The notes under the pieces were generated by a model that worked only from the letters and a program-made list of their open reading frames with translations, was not told the origin of the DNA and made no database searches. The translations under genes were made by a program, and so were the position numbers. From Hydrolagus colliei (lineage: Eukaryota), in assembly GCA_035084275.1 (NCBI GenBank), contig CM068748.1, positions 12,710,001-12,774,000 of the forward strand: a stretch of 64,000 bases of DNA. Direction: 5' to 3'. Each line of letters opens with the position of its first letter. Position 1 is the first letter of the stretch. Below, in pieces: positions 50,028 to 64,000 of the stretch.

Positions 50028-51544
50028 ACATGTTGTACAGTTCTCAAGAAGCTGAAGAGTGATGCTGGAGTGGAATACAACGAAAAAGAATCGTTTTGCT
50101 ACATCTTTATAGACTGTCTCAGGAAACCGACAATAGCAATGGAAAAAGAATGCATCACAAGTTCAATATCAGGGCAAGGGAGGCCGATGTTATCAGTGAC
50201 ATCTGTACTGTGACAGACATGTAGATGCTTAATGCTTCGCTGTACGAAAAGATGAGAAAGAAAATATTCCCCACAATGCAATCCCTCATCATAAACAGTA
50301 AACAAAATGTTGAGAACGTTTACCTCACTGAGTTTCAGTAAAATGAAAAATGAAAAACCAGCAAACTCAACATTAAATCAATTCCAGTAGTTTCGCTGAA
50401 AACAAAGCTATGCAATAGTTTTAAAGCACTTTGAAGCCACAGCTTAAAGAAAAAGTGAATTAAAGTGAGCGACCAAACAAACCGAGAAAGATTATGGAAA
50501 AAATACATCAAAAAGGAGAAAATAATTCAGGGAATATGAGTTACAATAGTAAACAGATGATTTTCAGATAAGGGGAACAAATAGCAATATTCCCGAAAAC
50601 ATTTGCTGCTTTATTCAAGAGATCATGTTAAAATGTGTTTTTATTTTCCTCCAATGTCTAAACCAACTGAATCCTCTTGAAATCATCATTTTGGATTCAT
50701 GCTTAATTTGTGGTTATTCTGCAAATGGCATTGAAAGACACAATATTCTGTAAAAGATTCGGATGGAGACAACCAATATGGTGGTGTAATAATCAAAGGT
50801 TTATTATGTAATAAAACAGCTTAACTTTTCTCTTAAAACTCAGACTATAGATACACAAGAACTGATATCGATTCCACTGGGAAGAGTACTGACCCTCTGC
50901 ACAACTCCAACTATTTCAATGTTACATTTTCTTTTATGTGTTTCTAATTCCACCTTCCACAGCCCCCACCCTACGCAGGCTGCTTTCCAGAGAAAGAGAT
51001 ATGGACAACTTTTGGCTGCCTACCACAGCCTTGAGATGGGCAGGTGTCTGAAGCTCTAGCCTTTTCTTTCTGTGGTCCATTGTTCTTACATCTATTCTCA
51101 AGGACCCGATTGCTCATTATCTCAGAGCAGTGAACATCTTCCCAGGAAAATATGGAATGTGATCAGAAGCTGACCTCAACCAGTCCAACAAAGCTGCTTT
51201 TAACCCCTGCTAAGCTAGTCATTAAATCAAACAAACCTTATTAAAGGATTATGGGTAGATTACATTCTAAACATAAGTAAAAATTAATTCAAAGTCTTAA
51301 AAACATTGAACATTGAATATAATCTTACAATTCTGCATTTCTTTGTATTAATTTTACCCCCTTTATGACTGTGACTATCACTATTTGGCTGTGCTGAAGG
51401 AGCTCCAAGATTACGAGTCTGAGATGGCAGGTGCAGCGCAAGAGTTTACTTGTCACTGTTAATCTAGCATCTTGGTGGTGACGGCTTTTACAAGTATGTT
51501 GTCTTTTTTATGCTGTAGCTGAGGCTTTACTCATGCTCCTTTGT

Positions 51545-51876
51545 AGAGCATATAGTTATTAGCAAGCACCGATGTTGCCTTAACTTGTGTCAAGCGCTAG
51601 ACCTGGGTTCGATTCCAGGCAGGGCAAAACCTTGGGAAGTTTCCTTACTCCACAAGCGTGATAATAATCCCTCAAGAAAAAAAAGAAAAAATTAGTCATT
51701 TCAATCCACGACTGTTCGTGGGACACTGCAGTGCACAATTGGCTGCTGCTTTTCGCCCACAAATATATAGTCAATTCACTTTACAGTATATTCTGTGAAG
51801 TGCTTTGAGATGCCTAGAAGATGTGTAATGCACTTTATCAAATGCAAGGATTATTGTCATTATGATTATTATTATT
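51545..51876 (+). mobile_element. young Deu-type SINE, full length
   Basis: B box gggttcgattcc; body and tail as in 37214-37527. Confidence 0.92.
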
Positions 51877-53319
51877 AAACTTGAAAGTATTCCCCATACA
51901 TGACCTGCCGTCAATAGAGTCCCATGATCCAAACCAACATCTGCCTTTCTTTACCACCAGTACATTGATTGTTCCATGCCTCAGACCTATGTGCTATCAA
52001 AGAGATTATATCTTTTCACTTGTGTCCTCACATGACTGGGAGGTTACATACAGGATTTAAAGGTGCTTTGTCACAATGGAATTTTCCTTGAGGCTAAAGA
52101 AAAAATACTTCCGTGTTTGTGTGGGTGCGGGTGAAGGTTCGGATGGGCGGGGAAGGGTTTGTCAAATGGTGCCAGATGAAGAAACCAAGGTTTCATAATT
52201 TAACTAAATGAGTACTTAATTTTTTTGAAACCTTTCCAAACAAGGCGATTGAGAGGATTACTGTGGGCTTCATTGGACCAATGCATGCACGATTCATTTT
52301 ATGTTTCTCTAATGGGACAGCACCTTGAAGAACTTATGATGTGCTGATCAAACATCTTATTTAATGCCTTATTTAATGAGTGCACAGATTAATTTTGCAT
52401 CTTTGGGGAGGAATGCCATTTAAAAGTAAACATTTAAAATCCGCCTGCTCATTACTCAACCATCTCTGCTGCCAACGAAATACATTACTATGCTTAATTG
52501 GTGTCTCAGCTGGTCTTCAGTACAGATTACCTGTATGGTGTATGTTTTACAGGGGAATACAGAGCTGTGTTGATGGTTAGATAATGTATTGCAGATGGGT
52601 TTATGTAAGAACGAATATGCAGTACGTGACAACTCTGTTTTTAACTTCAATATTTGATAGTAGATCAGCAGCTGTTATTCAAAAGAATGCTACTGGAAAA
52701 TAATTTTTAAAGTTTAGTAAAGCTTTCCTGCACAAAATGAGGGCACATCACCAAATTTTAAATATATTAGCAAACCTGCAATAGAAGAAACCAGAGGGAA
52801 GGGCTGTAAAGGTGAACATGCCATAAGCAAAATTGATGAAGAAGGTCAAGGCTTAATTAAATGTTCACAAATTAACTGGCTAGACTGAAGCCTGGCTGCT
52901 AATATGAAGCAGAATGTAAATATGTCCGTCAGGAGAGGAGGCTGGGATGAGCAAAGATTGTTATTCCTCTTATTTTCTCAAGTGATTCAGAGACTAAGGC
53001 TTGGAATCTCTTCAAAAATTTACGTTTCCCAACAAGCAACATTTCCAGGCTAGAGACAATATAAATATTCAAGAAAAAAAGTGGATCAACTCAGCAGATG
53101 TGCAGAGGAATAAGAGCTCATTAATACAGACAAAAGGTAAAGGTGATGCTTATTAGAATGGAAAATGCCTTCACAATGATGGGATGCCCATCACAAAGAT
53201 GAGAGAGGAGTAGGAATTGGCTGTGATCCTTGATCGTTAACTGAAAATTTCCAATCAATTTGAGGCAGTTATCAAAAAAAAGCTACTCAAGAATCTTGTT
53301 ACATTTTGAGCATATTTGA

Positions 53320-53480
53320 CTTCAAATCCAACCTTGCATAGATCTTCAGTGAAGCCACCGATTGAATATGACGTGCAATTTTGATCACCATGAATAAAGG
53401 GAATAGAGACGGAAACTTGATTCTGTAATTCTGAAATATGGGTCATCAAAAGTAACCTTTTAGGGAGTAGAAAATGTTTT
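53320..53480 (+). mobile_element. highly decayed CR1 ORF2 remnant
   Basis: ttgcatagatcttcagtgaagccaccgattgaatatgacgtgcaattttgatcacca resembles LYRxLVRPHLEYCVQFWSP. Confidence 0.55.
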
Positions 53481-56400
53481 AAATCCCTTAACACATTCCA
53501 GTTAAAGGAACCCTTCTCAGAGCACAGAAGCCATTGATTTCATTGATGTAAAGTTGACATAGATCCACTTGCAATACATCATCTAAGCGGATCCCCACAG
53601 AACATGTCTGTGACTTATCACTGCTATAAGGCTGGCTGGTTTGTTTCTAGGCTGCCTGGAGTGCCTTATTTTTATTTAATACTTGCTGCACAGTATTTAA
53701 AGGGATAATTATCAACTCTGACGTGCACATTTGTGTGAATTTTGGCCTCTTTTGCAAGGTGGCACAACAATTAGTGTTGCTCTGAAAGCTGCTGCAACTT
53801 TAATATATACCTGAATCTTTACTTAATATTTATTAACCGCAACACAAGTTTTCAAGTTTGACATTCAACATATTCACTTGAATGTTATAGAACACACGTC
53901 GCATCGTTCTTTAAGTCTCTTAGGACCTTATAATGATACTGGCTTTCAGTGCACAAATAGAAAACATTACCAAATTATTCTGTAATCCTTGGGGTAATTT
54001 TTTTTAGGAGTATTATTCTTAATGCTATTAAATAATCAGAATAACTGCAACAGAAAATTATTCAGCTTTTTTTGTGGGACAAATCTATCTGCTCTTTGTT
54101 AAAAAAAACTATGTGTGCACACATTAGAGGGCCACAATGTGTGATTTGAGATGTCACAAGGGCAATCGCTGTCTGACAGTTCCACTTGACTCAATAATCA
54201 TTATAGTAAAGTATAGAATCTGTGAAGGGCAGACTAAAGTCTATTTCCTGCCACAAGATTGCAGTTTAGTGATGAATGCAGTTATTCTGGATTTGAATAC
54301 AATGATGCAGCATACAGTTTAGCTCCAATGTACACTTACGCTACAATCAGTACTGAATAGACATAAAACAAGGCGGATTGGTTCATCTGCCTGATATTCT
54401 GAGAGTAAAAGTATTCTTTTAATGGGGCAATTCAGCCCACAACAAATACACAATAAATTGTTGTTTAACAGACACAATTCTTTACAACACTGGAATTTCT
54501 TGTTGCTAGAGGATTTGAAGAGATGAGCATCTTCTCCTGTTATCATTAAGACACAAAAGTTGCATATTTTGATCACTTATCATAAGCATGACTTCAGAGA
54601 TTGGTTTGTGATTCGCACAACAACAAAGATTTGCACAACAACAAAATTCAACTAATTTGTAGTAGGACATCCATTAAGGCATTTTCCACGTGGAACTGTT
54701 CAGAAGGAGGTTCTTTCACATTGGCAAATGCCACCTGTACAGGATTCAATGAAAAGTGTTGTTGTCAGACATTTTGTAGTCAGACATTTTGCTGATCGAT
54801 AAGAGCTTTCGCTTGACCAGGCTTTTAATGCAATAATCAGTGGAGTTGATTTGTTACTCTGATGAATTTTAAAAAAAATGATTACCTTGATGAAAAAAAA
54901 CTTACGAAACCTACTATTAAGTTGCTGATCTCATCGATATATTCCAAAGAGTTTTCAGCCCTTTCAAGGACTGCAAATCAGCCACTTATGAGCTGCTGCG
55001 CAAAACTATAAAACAAAAAGTGTTGGGACTACAATTAGGCAAATTTTTAATGAAGGTTCATCACTGCATCCCTTTAAGCACATGTTAAACTAAGAAGTGT
55101 ATTCATTTGGATGATGTCAACAATATCAACAAATGTTTATGTTGAAAGGAACGTTCAAGATTCATTTTAACATATAGCATTACCTGATTTACAGAGCTCA
55201 GATTATGAATAGGAACCTGAAAGATTTGTGGTTTCTTGGTCAACTGCTTTGACGATCATTTATCATTTTGTCATTTGAATCCTGACTAGTCATCAGTAAA
55301 TAAAGAGTGTGAGGGTGCTGTGCAACAAAATAGTGAAAAGGGCAAGCTAATGAGCTGTCTTCAAATAAACAAACTAACAAGTCTCTGATGGATTCTAGTT
55401 TAATTATGCAATTGAATTCCAGCCTTATATACCTGTGGGTATTATCTGGTAACTTGGATTGAGTAACCACCCACCCTCACAAAACATAGACTTAGAACTG
55501 CACCGAATCAGAACATGCCACAAAATACACTCACAATAGAGATTTGTTGATACAAAAGTAGACTGACAAGTTGTGTAAATAAACTAATTCAGAATGACAA
55601 TTTTTTCTCTGAATACGTGTGTAAATGTTACCAATCCATAGGCAGGATCTTATTTGACCTCTAAATTAATTTATTTCATAAAAACGGTTCCCACATTCAC
55701 TGAGGTGAGTAAAACGATCAGCTAATTTTACAGCACAAATAATGTATTGATCAAAAAAGGCAGGTCTGGAAAAGCAACCGTGGGTACACACACGTAAGGC
55801 TTGGGACCAATTTAAAATGACAATAGTGGAGCATTTCTGTCAGTCAGTCGGGTGTCCAACAAGTACAGAAATTAATTGCCATGCTTAATAGTATCCAAAC
55901 CAGACAGATTTCTGCACATGCACTATCCTACAATATTTCTTGAAGGTTATGGGTAAAAGAACTACAAAATGTATGAAACAAAATTCAAAGAAAGACCATT
56001 GGACATGAACCCCTAACGAATCACAGTATTGTCTGACATCACCTGACCTCATTATTCAAGCTTTCCCACTTCTCATTTGAGCTGTGATGGGAATGATGAA
56101 ACACTACAGAAGCAGATGCTCTCAATCAGATTGCAGGAGGAGGAGACGCAAACTGGATCATAACTGTAGCATGTTATACCTGAAGGGCTGACAAGTCTGA
56201 TAACAATAAAATATCAGTTACGCTAGCTCAGCTATTGCACTTGATATTTTATTGTTATCATCTATCGCAATATCAATGCTCTGTTTTTCTTTTAAAAATT
56301 GAATGTCTCTCTGCACACACGCAAACAAACACACACACACTTGGATCTTGCATTTCTTCTAAAAAAAAGAGAACTGAGATGAAGGGCCAAGGTATTGACA

Positions 56401-57397
56401 GGGTCACCATTGACAGGGTCCCATCTCCCATTTTTTTTCCATGTCTAATGTGGGACTAATGGATATAGTGCTCCAGTTGTCAATTTGTTACTTCAAACAC
56501 TGAAGATCAATTTTGCTCAGAAAGATGGATGAGCAGAAGAGTTGGACCATCTTTGTGAGGGAGAGAAAGGAAGGAAATCTGTTTGGAGTAGTCTTTGTAA
56601 ATCAAACACAAAACAGGGCATCCTCAGACGGCTCTAAGTCGATCCAGGAAAGTGAGGAGCCAGGTTAATAAATTCAATAACTTAAAATAGCTGAGTGACG
56701 GACATATTTTCTATCACTTTGTTGCAAAGTACAACTTTATGACTGATCTAAGAATCTTTTTCATGCCCAGCTTACAAATAAAATGTAATTTCCTTAAAGG
56801 AGAAATTAACTTTTTTCTTTATTTCCTTTTTCAAGCAGCACCACAGTGCTTCAATGAACTATGTCACACAATGGAAGAATGCTGTTTGGAACAGGCCCAT
56901 GTACTGAGCTCCCGGTCTTACCTTGTCATTTGGGATCAAGCATTTCACAAAAGGAGTAAGTCTCGAGGTATAAATCTCTGAATCTTTCTCATCTTGGAGC
57001 TGTCACCTGAAGAGTGATGTTGGCCAAATCAAAGAAATTAGGCAGCTCAATGTTGGCTGGGAAAGGTGCACAATGTTGAGCAAATTGTAAATTTACAACA
57101 AAAATTCCAAAAGTGAGCTGAAGTCTGCAGTACTTGTGTGTTTGGTTTATTGGGAGGTTGAAATAGGACTGATGGAGCTTTTAATGAAATGCTGCTGAAT
57201 TGATCCCAGTTGATTATGGTAGTGATTTGTGAAGCTTTACAAATTGTAAGTAGGAGCTATTTTACTGAGCTGTAACGCCTCTCCATCCTTTTGAGTCAAG
57301 TAAATATTGATGGAGCACTGGGATTGACAGTGAGACTAAACCATTTGTTTGTCAAACTGAAACGACAATTTAATTTAGAAGTTTAATTTGCATACAT

Positions 57398-57465
57398 AAC
57401 AACAAATTACATTTATATAGGGTTTTTCCACATCAGGAGGACATCCCATGGTGCTGGACAGTCAG
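57398..57465 (-). mobile_element. L2 tail fragment (type A)
   Basis: aacaacaaattacatttatataggg...ggaggacatcccatggtgctggacagtcag. Confidence 0.8.
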
Positions 57466-58439
57466 GGATTTGTTCTGTTTAAAATGCATAAATATGCTTA
57501 AAATGCTATAGAGCACTGAACAAAAGTAATAATAATAATAATAGACTTAACCTGTTCCTACCTCAGTCATTTCTGCAGCTAAATTTGTTCCTGACTTTCC
57601 TTGTACGAGCTGAATAACATTAGTTTGTTAAACACAGAAGCAAACATATAGTAGAAGCAATGATACAGAGAAGAGATTTAAAGAACAATAGGAAGATGGG
57701 AAAACAGCAACAGGAAGCCCATTCAGCCCATTAAGTCTACAATATTGAAAACGAATCCAGCTTATTATGAAGTGAAACGGTTTTCATCAACTCTATTGAT
57801 TATAGGGCATGTGATAAGATTGATGGAAGTTTCAGTGGTGCTACACTTGAAGTGAGCAGATGAAAGAGAAAGCAATTGAAAGATATGCCAGTATAGGCCA
57901 CGTCTTCGGTAAATGAGTGGATTTTAGAATTGGATACAAAACCTATTCAATTTATTTACTACACTTACGAGTTATTTCAAAGTTTCTGTTTACTTTCATC
58001 ACAATTTGGAATACTCCATACCAAAAAACAGACAGTGCACTCTTGTAATCTTACAATGCAGTCCACGTTTGACCAATCTGAATATGGTAACAATCCCAAC
58101 ATTGCTGTACCTGTAAGTTTCTATTGATCAATACAATAAAACACAATCAGAAAATTAAAGTTTGCCTTCTGTTACACAGTCATATGGTAAACATGGGCAA
58201 GAGAAGTGATGAGTGATGCAGTGCGTCAGTAAATTCCATTTTAGTCAAAAGAGAGCTGATGAGAAGGGTATTGTGAAGATAATAATTTTCATACTGTTCA
58301 CAGATAAACCATTTTCTGATCATGAGTACTTGGGTTTCCCATATAAAAAAAACACTGCTTGATGAGTTATGAATGAAAAATTGATATGGCTCAAATTTAT
58401 CTAAAGCTATTGGTTGTCCTTCCATTGATTCCCTACGAG

Positions 58440-58522
58440 AATTACTTTATTTAATCATCACAGACTTCAAGATGTTTCAAAGCCCTTTACAGAATATGCT
58501 ATAAAGTGAATTGACTGTATAT
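58440..58522 (-). mobile_element. young SINE tail fragment
   Basis: caaagccctttacagaatatgctataaagtgaattgactgtatat. Confidence 0.7.
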
Positions 58523-59515
58523 GTTGTGCTTGTGCTTAGAAAGCACCAGGACAGGATGTTCCATATCTATTACCTCTGCCACCGTACTAAAGTGAATCCA
58601 GTGCCATGGTCTTGGCATCAATCCTTCGGTTTCCCTTCACCTCTTTGATAATTAAGTATCCTGTGTGAATTTGCATCCTTTCCTCTCTTGATATTTTGTT
58701 GCAATGCTTTAGGTTTCCGGCATAAAGCTCTAGCTTCAAGAATAAATTAATTTACTCTCAATTTATTTCAATTACGTCCTCTTTTACACCAGCGATATGC
58801 TCTTCAGTTTTTCTATTTCTCAGACTTCAAGAAGCGCAATTATATGGTGGAAGATAGCCCAAGATTTGTTGATATTTGGTTAATCTAAGTAATTAAAACA
58901 CAAAAAATCTCTAATGAGATAAATTTTTCTAATCATGTTTCCAATTTAAAACACAGCAATATTTTGAAGCAAATGGAGTAATTTTCACATGGTTCGTTTA
59001 ATCTCTTTGTGATTGGTTTGCACTCTTGACATTTATTATGTTGCTAATATACGCTAATAGGCAAATAACATTATTTAGTAAGAGGCAGTTTCAGAACCGT
59101 AAAAAGACCTTTGGGCAAGTTTTAAATTCGTACAGTATTTTGTTTTCATGAATAGGGACATTTGTTGCATTTCTCGCTTTTCACACCCAAATTCCATTTG
59201 GATTCACCCTTCAGTGATATTTCACAGTATTTGCAACATGGTCTGACATCAATTCAGTTATCTGTTAGAAAATGGGGAAACAAAAATAGTGTTTGGCATT
59301 GTTGTTTGTCCAATCATTTTTAAAAGTAGTTATTGCTGAAGGACTCAGTGATTCTTATCCTGTAGAGCTCCCAATTGCTCCTTTTTATGCTCAAACTATG
59401 GTTTATTACAGTGAAGTACTTCTGGCAGTTTTGCTGCAATCGATGCTGAACATGGTGTGTGGATATCAAAAGGAATGATAAAACAAGTGTTTTATTTCAT
59501 TAAGCTCAGCCACAA

Positions 59516-59720
59516 ATAGAATCATGGAATATTACAGCAGAAAAATAGGTTATTTGGCCAATCAAGCCTGCTCTGATGTACTTCATCACTGAGCCACTCA
59601 CTCTACCGCAAATCCAACTTCCTTGCTTGTACTCCTTTTCTAATACCTATTTCTTTTTTGAAAACATTTATCTGATTGTCCTTTAAAAAGAATCCATGGA
59701 TGTAATATTTTTTTATTTCC
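59516..59720 (-). mobile_element. old CR1 3' end
   Basis: atagaatcatggaatattacagcagaaaaataggttatttggccaatcaagcctgctctg. Confidence 0.65.
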
Positions 59721-62700
59721 ATAACTTGTTCCCTCTTTTAATCATATAAAGTTATTGAAGCACAAAATGCCTTTTGGAAATCCATGCTGATTTAGGCTGC
59801 ATTTCTCTAAGTGCTTTGTAGTTTCATTTCATATTGTACAGTTTGATAGTTTCCCCAATAACTGACCTAGAATTTTCAGTTCTATCCAGCATAATGGAAC
59901 AATTTTCCTTTCCACACAAAGAAACTTTTTACAAAATGACAGTTTCTTCATTTTGCTGTTTCTTCCCCGGCTTCTCTCAGGATCCTCAGATGTAAACCAT
60001 TGGGAGACAGTCGTTTCACTCTTAATTTGAAGTAAAAAAATTTGTACCATTTCTCTTTGAGCAATGGCATCTATTCTGCCTCCAATGATCCCACAGCTCA
60101 ATATCTACCTCCTCTTCGAGACAATCAGTGCCAAAACCTGAATTAGAGCTTTTTACGAGAACCTCTAAATTCTTACGGCAACAAGAAAGAAAATAAAAAC
60201 AACATTCTTCCATTGTCATTATGCCAGTGCTTATCTCAAATAAATTGTTAGTGCTTTTGTTGCAGCATTTTAAATCCATTGTCGTGTAATCACTCAGGAG
60301 TCACACAATGATAGAAAATAAATAGAGTGAAGAAATACAGTGGGACAGTTTTGAAATATGACCAATAATCATGGGACATCAATGTGATAGGGGAAGCTGT
60401 CGGGGGAACAAGTGGTTTACAAGTTCTGACAGCTCTCAACAATTCTTTATCTAATAGGGATATCAAGCTTTTTGCTGACCCTACCTCCAAATACATTTAT
60501 TTATTTATTTTTATTAAAAAAGGGGAGAAATCCTGACTGCAGCGAACCTACCTCAATGATTCATCGCAAGGACAGAGGTTCACATTTCAATGGCCAACAC
60601 CTCTCCTGACGAACCCTGGGTAATTTCCCATGGTATAGATCAAGTGTCAGAGTTCAACCTAAACCAATTAAGGTCATATGAAAGATATTGCTTTATTATT
60701 TACTGCTGGCTTTCACCAGGGACCAACATAACTGTAATTTATGATAACAATTCTTCTGTATGCTTTGCTTGGCTGCATTGAGCTATGATGCTCAGATTGA
60801 TAGAGTGACTTGCTGATTTCTCATGACATTCTTGCATTTGATTTTTTTGTGTTGTTATTCTTGTACAGAGAAAACCACTCTTCATTGGAAAGTAGTGCAA
60901 ATTTATCTTCCAAAACGGCCCAGCAAATAGAGTATTCTACCATTCATTCTGTTAATTAGAACCATTATTTAGCCTAAATCTGTGCATTACAAATTAATGA
61001 TCTTCAATGCCTGCAATTATAATTCAATATTTAACAGATAAGGATCAAAGCAAAAATGAGATAAAAGCATAATTTCTATTTTTATATTTCCTAACAGAAA
61101 ATGCAATGGAATAATGTCAATGTTGAAATAAATAATATCCTGATAGTCACAGAATGGTATGAGTGTGAGGTAATAAAAGTGCAGAGCTTGTCTAAATAAT
61201 ACAATAATTCAAAAATCAACTATTATTGGCATCTTAGTCAATGTGGTCACTCGTGACTGAATCTAAAACTCCAAAGGATAAAGGGCGAGGCCACCCCACC
61301 CCCCACTTTTGAAAGTACCAAACAGCAGGGAACCAGCAGGCCTCAGGAAGAAGCTATAGTGGATGCTACAGGGTAAACAATACAATCTACCAGATTAGCC
61401 TCTCATTTTACTAGATATAATTTAATTCTATAATTTTGGCTAAAGTATGAAATAACCTGAGAAAAAAAAGTTCTGCTCAGATCAGAACTCCAATACATTG
61501 GGAATGATGTTGGGATTTCTAGTTCTGGATCAGTAATTCTATATCCCCTCAATCTCTATAGGTTTCACCTCTCAATTTCCTGCTTGCTCCTGCAATCTCT
61601 GCGGACTCCATTTTTTGCTCTCTCATTTGCCCTTGTCTCTACCTCCCAGCTTTATCACCAATCTCAATTTTCCGCTTGCTCTTGCTGTGTCCTCCACACT
61701 GAAAATACTTTTAAAGCTGACTTTTAAACTTTCTGCCCAATTCCACAACATTTTGAAAACGATTTATCTTCCTCTGCTTATCCTTTATAACAACGCACAC
61801 TATTATCTTCTTACATAGCAAAAATTCTGAATTTCTTTCTCATGGTGCGTACAAGACACAAAGGTGTTTGATCAAACTTGTGTTTAATTAAGTGATCTCT
61901 AAACTAACAAGATTTAATGTGCGGTCTGCATTCAGTGAATGGCAAATTAACACACTATGGGAATTGCACCAAAATAGTTCAATCCAAACTCACTTACTTA
62001 GCAAGCAAAAATGATGTAGTTCAAACCCACTTATCTTGATAGTTTCAGTTTTGACCTCCTCTATGTATCTATGGAGAATGAGAAAAAAAAAGCTAAACTG
62101 GAGATAATGCTGGAGTACAATTCTGAAACAACTATAGCATTCCAGTCAGTCAATCAATTTCCATTCGCTCTTTCTGCATAGAAGTTCGATGTATCAAAAC
62201 ATTTCCCATTTGTTTCCACACCCAAAAATTCCTAATGCAAACAGAATACTTAGATTAAGTGTTCAGATTCATTCAAACAAGCCTTAATCTGAGAATGGCA
62301 CATGGCACAATTCTTTCATTTTAGTGCTAAGTGCGACAAATTTAGTGCTTAGTGCGACAAATACAGCTAGCAAATTACATCCTGGCTAACATGCAATATA
62401 AAACTAATCACTTTGATGCAAAACAGTTGCTTAACACTAAGTGTTCTGCTCAGCATCAGTTAATTAAATGTGATGTGTTACAATTAGCATCATTGATCAT
62501 TTTACATCAGTAGATTTATAGAATTCTTCAACAATATGAAACTTGAATCCAAGTACAGTATAACACAGTTCTTGCTCCTCTGCTCAAAGAGAAATAGAAA
62601 AGAAATCAAGTATAATAAAAAGGGTTTTCTACACATCAGATGTATTTAGATTCCAACAGCTTCAAGCAAAATTAATGAACTGATATTAGTTAATTTTTGA

Positions 62701-62749
62701 GAGGAAAAATTGTATAAAGCTAACAATACAGTACACTCAGCACACGTAT

Positions 62750-63047
62750 ACAGTGGAGCTCCTGACTTACAAGTATGAGACCTGTGTTTAAATCCTGGCA
62801 GATCAGGGCAAAACCTTGGGCAAGTTTCCTTACTCCACACAACCTAATAATAATTTGTCTAAAAAACACGTAATAAAATTGGTCATTTCAATCCATGACT
62901 GTTTGTGGGACACCGCTGTGCGCAATTGGCTGCCGTGTTTCTCCCACAAATATACAGTCAATTCACTTTATAGTATATTCTGTGAAGCACTTTGAGACGT
63001 TGATAAGATGTGAAAAGCGCAATATCAAATGCATGGATTATTATTAT
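62750..63047 (+). mobile_element. young Deu-type SINE, near full length
   Basis: agggcaaaaccttgggcaagtttccttactccacac ... aaagcgcaatatcaaatgcatggattattatta. Confidence 0.92.
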
Positions 63048-63505
63048 AACAATTGTATTGATGTAGGAAGCCTTCGGTGAGAGTTTGGATGAACAAAGCC
63101 TTTTTGCCCATTCAAAGAAGTAGAGGAAAAAGAGAGAGAGGTTCAACTCTTTTGAGATCAAGGTAAAAGCCATGACAATGCAGACATGGAAATAATCAGA
63201 CCATACTCTGAGCACATTGTTAAATTATCAAGACTATTCAAAAGATTGAAATCACACAAATACAAAAAAAAGTACAAATTCTTGAAATGAATGATATGTT
63301 GTCAAAACATTGTGCTGGTAAGAAAAATGCATGGAAGCATTGCTTTCCCTCCAACACAATATTTCATTACTATTAACCATGCAATTGGGAAATTGTATTA
63401 AAAAAACAAGATGGAGAATTTTAGAAAAACACATGGAGTTATTAACCTAACAAAAGCTGAGTTTCTTTTGGTCTTTCTTTAAAAGTTGTTTTTTGCATTT
63501 ACTTC

Positions 63506-63568
63506 AGCGCCTTGGGACATCCTCCCGATGTGAAAGGTGCTCTAAAAATGTAATTTGGTTGTTTTGTT
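63506..63568 (+). mobile_element. L2 tail-only fragment (type A)
   Basis: cagcgccttgggacatcctcccgatgtgaaaggtgctctaaaaatgtaatttggttg. Confidence 0.85.
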
Positions 63569-64000
63569 ACATTTGCACAAAGCAAGAAGTCGACAATCAT
63601 TTCAGCTTAAGCATCTTAACATTTCATAGTTAAAACCAAATCCTTTACATTCCTTCTTATTAAAAATTACAGTACTTAAACTCTTTACTACAAGAACATA
63701 GATACAAATCACACTACCCTTGCTCGATTCAACACCAAATGCACGGATCGCTACCAGCATGTAGAATAACTTAGAATAAAATTGCCATTATTTTTCTGCC
63801 TATCTGTTAAATTGTTTTTTTGTGCTGATCGAGGTAATGGTCTGTCTAAAATAAATCTGAAATCTATTGGGTGTAATGCTTTAAAAATGGAATGTAATAA
63901 TTCACTGGAGACAGTACTTGTGAAGTCCTGACTTTTCTACAGGGTTATAAATGGAACCCGTTGTCAGTGAAGTAAAATTATCCCAATCAGACATCTCGAG

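Noticed and set aside
10163-56850. V(D)J recombination signal sequences (CACAGTG heptamers)
   Set aside because: No ACAAAAACC-like nonamer at 12 or 23 bp for the heptamers I inspected, and no Ig/TCR-like ORFs
481-63434. Remaining short ORFs in the six-frame track
   Set aside because: Random-like composition, no recognisable domains, many with non-ATG starts or lying within repeats
3200-63568. Recurring ~36-nt hairpin repeat as a CRISPR-like array
   Set aside because: Copies are dispersed, on both strands and attached to LINE/SINE tails; no regular spacers and no cas genes
63888-63900. miRNA seed-like starts (e.g. tggaatgtaa as in miR-1/206)
   Set aside because: The match stops after about 10 nt and no precursor hairpin is evident

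Overview
This is AT-rich, CpG-depleted vertebrate DNA with no recognisable protein-coding gene, rRNA, functional tRNA or CRISPR array; it reads as intergenic DNA or a very large intron. The repeat content points to a cartilaginous fish, probably a holocephalan such as elephant shark (inference from remembered repeat families, not from a search). Repeats present: L2-clade LINE 3' fragments with (TTG)n tails, CR1 LINE fragments including a 1.4 kb RT remnant, a young tRNA-derived Deu-type SINE, older full-length DeuSINE and LF-SINE-like relics, and small hAT MITEs. The only ORFs in the track with a recognisable product are decayed LINE ORF2 pieces. Most notable observations: (1) a 57-bp hAT/Charlie-type mini-MITE with TIRs and an 8-bp TSD inside a young SINE; (2) 59-70 bp tail-only L2 retrocopies with 6-bp TSDs; (3) a covarying double stem-loop shared by three retroposon tails; (4) repeated antisense L2-into-L2 nesting in one ORF2 segment; (5) a locally duplicated ~110-140 bp non-coding element with no repeat assignment; (6) a perfect 22-bp TCF-TAATTA-TCF palindrome in a motif-dense stretch. 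I found no evidence of a new multi-gene system. Family names are recalled and need a Dfam/Repbase check; boundaries of degraded elements are approximate.
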